Assembly (NCBI GenBank): GCA_964344345.1
Contig: CAYFNC010000002.1
Coordinates: 6,106 to 70,105 of the forward strand
Length of the DNA: 64,000 nt
Direction of reading: 5' to 3'
Source: an uncultured Hyphomicrobiales bacterium
GTDB taxonomy: Bacteria; Pseudomonadota; Alphaproteobacteria; Rhodospirillales; CAYFNC01
Each line of letters starts with the position of its first letter. Positions within the stretch are counted from its first letter, which is position 1. This document shows, piece after piece, positions 61,938 through 64,000 of this stretch. The notes under the pieces were generated by a model. The model worked only from the letters and a program-made list of their open reading frames with translations. It had not been told where the DNA came from and searched no databases. A program made the position numbers and the translations under genes.

Positions 61938-62441
61938 CTATTGTCGGGTCAGGGGGTCGTCCTCCATGTTGTCGAAGTCGATTTCATCCAAATCGACAAG
62001 CCCCATTTCCAAAACCGCGCCAACGGCTTCCGGGCGCTCCTTCACAAATGGCGCTAGCGCCGTGTCCTCGACCATGATGTGGTTGGTCAGCCAGTCCTTG
62101 AGAAACCCGGAAACCGGCCCCATTTCGAAGTCCGCCGGGTCCTTGGCTTGGGCGTCGCGGAATTCGACGATCCTGGCGCGAAAGCCTTCGTGGATCTTGG
62201 CGTGCTTGACCCTGTCCTCGTATTCGATGGCGTCCTGGACGGCCTCCTCGCGGGTGAAGTGGAATTCCGTGTAGTCCAAAAGCGCGTTCAAAATGCTCGC
62301 CACCACGTCGGGCTCCGCGCCCGCTTCCCTTGCCGCCATGGTCTCGTTGATCAGGTCGATGAGGATCCTATGGTCGTCGTCGATCATGTCCACGCCGACT
62401 TCCAGATCGTCGGTCCATTCGAAGAAGTTCGCCTCGCCCAT
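61938..62441 (-). CDS. bacteriohemerythrin
   Basis: FEWTDDLEVGVDMIDDDHRILIDLIN, LLDYTEFHFTREE, HAKIHEGF and NHIMVEDTA together give the His/Glu/Asp di-iron ligand pattern. 37 nt upstream of the CheY-like gene. Confidence 0.9.
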   Translation of the reverse strand: MGEANFFEWTDDLEVGVDMIDDDHRILIDLINETMAAREAGAEPDVVASILNALLDYTEFHFTREEAVQDAIEYEDRVKHAKIHEGFRARIVEFRDAQAKDPADFEMGPVSGFLKDWLTNHIMVEDTALAPFVKERPEAVGAVLEMGLVDLDEIDFDNMEDDPLTRQ

Positions 62442-62700
62442 TTCGCAACGCCCTTTCCGTCGAGCCCGTATGGAACGATAATGCCCTTACCTAACGGGAA
62501 TCAACCGGGGTGGATTTCCATGAAAAAGGAATGGCGCCGATGGCGTTCGAGGGCGCTCGCATCGTTCCTTTATCCATTCGATGGCCTCCCATGAACGACG
62601 AGGGCCAATAATGATTCGGCCTCAATTCCCATCATGGCGATTCGTTCAACAAAGCTATCGACTTAGATGAAATCAATTTTCGTCATGGGGTGGAGATGAC

Positions 62701-63438
62701 ATGGAGTGGACCGACGACGCCCTCGTGCTTTCCGCCCGCCGCCACGGCGAAACCGCCGCCATCGTCCGGCTTCTGACCCGGGAGCGGGGCGTCCACGCCG
62801 GGCTGGCGCGTGGCGGAAGCGGGGCAAGGATGCGGCCGGTGCTGCAGCCCGGCAACCGGGTCCGCGCCACCTGGCGGGCGCGACTGCCCGAGCACTTGGG
62901 CGCTTTCTCGTTGGAGCAGACCCGCGCCTTCGCCGCCGAAGCGATGGAGGACGCGGACCGACTGGCGGGACTCAGCGCCGCTTGCGCGGTCGCGGAATCC
63001 GTCCTGCCCGAGCGCGAACCCCACGGCCCGGCGTTCGAGGGCCTTCTAGTCCTGCTCGAAGCCATTGCGTCCGCCGAGGACTGGGCGTCGGCCTACGTCA
63101 AATGGGAGGTGGGGATTTTGGGCGAGCTCGGGTTCGGGCTCGACCTGACCTGTTGCGCGGCGACGGGACGAAACGACCAGCTCGCCTACGTCTCGCCCCG
63201 GTCGGGTCGGGCGGTGTCATTATCGGCCGGAGAGCCCTATCGCGAGCGCATGCTGCCCTTGCCTCCGTTTTTGTTGCAGGATGGCGCGAACGCGGCGGGC
63301 CCGGACGAGATCGCCGACGGGTTGAAGCTGACGGGCTATTTCCTGGAGCGCCACGCGCTCGCCCACAATCCGAACGGCCTGCCCGCGGCGCGAAGGCGGT
63401 TGGAGGGACGGATGGCTACCACCAGGGATTCTTTTTAG
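62701..63438 (+). CDS. recO: DNA repair protein RecO
   Basis: 245 aa: MEWTDDALVLSARRHGETAAIVRLLTRERGVHAGLARGG, and later GFGLDLTCCAATG, the Cys-containing zinc-finger-like region typical of RecO. Confidence 0.9.
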   Translation: MEWTDDALVLSARRHGETAAIVRLLTRERGVHAGLARGGSGARMRPVLQPGNRVRATWRARLPEHLGAFSLEQTRAFAAEAMEDADRLAGLSAACAVAESVLPEREPHGPAFEGLLVLLEAIASAEDWASAYVKWEVGILGELGFGLDLTCCAATGRNDQLAYVSPRSGRAVSLSAGEPYRERMLPLPPFLLQDGANAAGPDEIADGLKLTGYFLERHALAHNPNGLPAARRRLEGRMATTRDSF

Positions 63439-63739
63439 ACGGCGTCCTGTACCCACCGCCCATGGTCGGACGGGTGCAGAGGTAGGACACGCCCTTGCGG
63501 CCGTCCACCACCCGGTCGCCGCCGATGAAGACGTGGCCGCCGGGATTGGCCTTGGCGCAATGGTCCTCGGCCATGAAACGCATCCTGTCGCGAATTTCGG
63601 CGGTGAGCTTGCCCGTCGCCAAAAGGACGATGCCGTCCTTGTCCTTGTTCCAGACTTCGACGCCCTTGTGGGCCGGCGAAGAGGTGGTCACGCAGCCCCC
63701 AAGGGCGAGCGCGGCGGCCAGGGCCAGGGTCCGTTTCAT
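63416..63739 (-). CDS. hypothetical lipoprotein
   Basis: MKRTLALAAALALGGCVTTS carries a lipobox (LGGC). 107 aa. The 3' end overlaps recO convergently by 23 nt. Confidence 0.6.
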   Translation of the reverse strand: MKRTLALAAALALGGCVTTSSPAHKGVEVWNKDKDGIVLLATGKLTAEIRDRMRFMAEDHCAKANPGGHVFIGGDRVVDGRKGVSYLCTRPTMGGGYRTPSKKNPWW

Positions 63740-63827
63740 GGAAAAGCTTCCCCCACGGTCAATTACCGATACGCATCGATAGCATGGCGTGATAGTCATG
63801 AAAACCGTGTTTCCAGGGGAAGGCGCG

Positions 63828-64000
63828 ATGCGGTTCCTTTCGGCGTTCCTGTTTTCGCTCGCGGCCGGGCCCGCGTATGCGGCCATGCCGCCCGAAGCTT
63901 ATGAGGCCATGCGGGCCGAAGCCACCCACCACGTTCAGCTTCGCTTGATCCACGAAGAGCCCATGAAGCGCGACGCCCGGGCGGGGCTCTGCGAGGTCGC
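63828..64000 (+). CDS. hypothetical secreted protein (5' fragment, runs off the window)
   Basis: Hand translation from ATG 63828 gives MRFLSAFLFSLAAGPAYAAMPPEAYEAMRAEATHHVQLRLIHEEPMKRDARAGLCEV... The frame stays open to the window end. There is an alternative ATG at 63798. Confidence 0.35.
   Translation, partial: MRFLSAFLFSLAAGPAYAAMPPEAYEAMRAEATHHVQLRLIHEEPMKRDARAGLCEV

Noticed and set aside
62520-62594. 24-codon ORF MKKEWRRWRSRALASFLYPFDGLP in the hemerythrin-recO intergenic region
   Set aside because: No SD, no conserved features, and it is the tail of a long spurious antisense ORF. There is no evidence for coding.
1-64000. Search for mobile elements, prophage genes, rRNA, CRISPR-cas, toxin-antitoxin pairs and magnetosome genes
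   Set aside because: I saw no transposase, integrase or recombinase motifs, no terminal inverted repeats, no rRNA-like stretches, no cas genes and no mam/mms-like proteins. The only RNA gene I can support is tRNA-Leu.

Overview
GC-rich chromosomal segment (low-to-mid 60s % GC by eye, with a few AT-richer patches). It reads like an alphaproteobacterium of the Rhodospirillales type; this rests on protein recognition only, since I could run no searches. CDS coordinates include the stop codon. Starts were re-picked by hand where the ORF track gave an over-long reading frame. I call about 70 CDSs and one tRNA-Leu. I see no rRNA, CRISPR array, transposase or integrase. Housekeeping genes: pepA-holC, tig-clpP, aroQ, aat, metG, trmFO, recO. 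Carbon fixation sits in two Calvin-cycle clusters: tkt-fba-rpe at 11.4-15.3 kb, and form II RubisCO cbbM followed by two tandem phosphoribulokinase genes at 33.7-36.9 kb. Sulfur metabolism: flavocytochrome c sulfide dehydrogenase fccAB, a secreted Gly/Tyr/Trp-rich protein resembling sulfur-globule coat proteins, and a rhodanese next to a cysteine synthase. A complete rnfABCDGEH operon is preceded by an orphan gene plus rseC-apbE and followed by a GT-A-like gene and a NatAB-like ABC exporter. Signalling genes include several c-di-GMP components and a hemerythrin-CheY pair. Most worth a second look: (1) the second prk copy, which has a rewritten P-loop; (2) the 324-aa orphan heading rseC-apbE-rnf, divergent from cbbM; (3) the co-directional, compositionally patchy 10-gene cluster at 46.8-53.7 kb, which holds an FkbM methyltransferase, a pentapeptide-repeat protein, small membrane proteins, a B3/B4 domain protein and a HerA-like ATPase; (4) within that cluster, two tandem 46-codon paralogous genes, one of them absent from the ORF track; (5) the sulfur-globule-protein-like gene. 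All functional calls come from motif and family recognition by eye and need HMM/BLAST confirmation.
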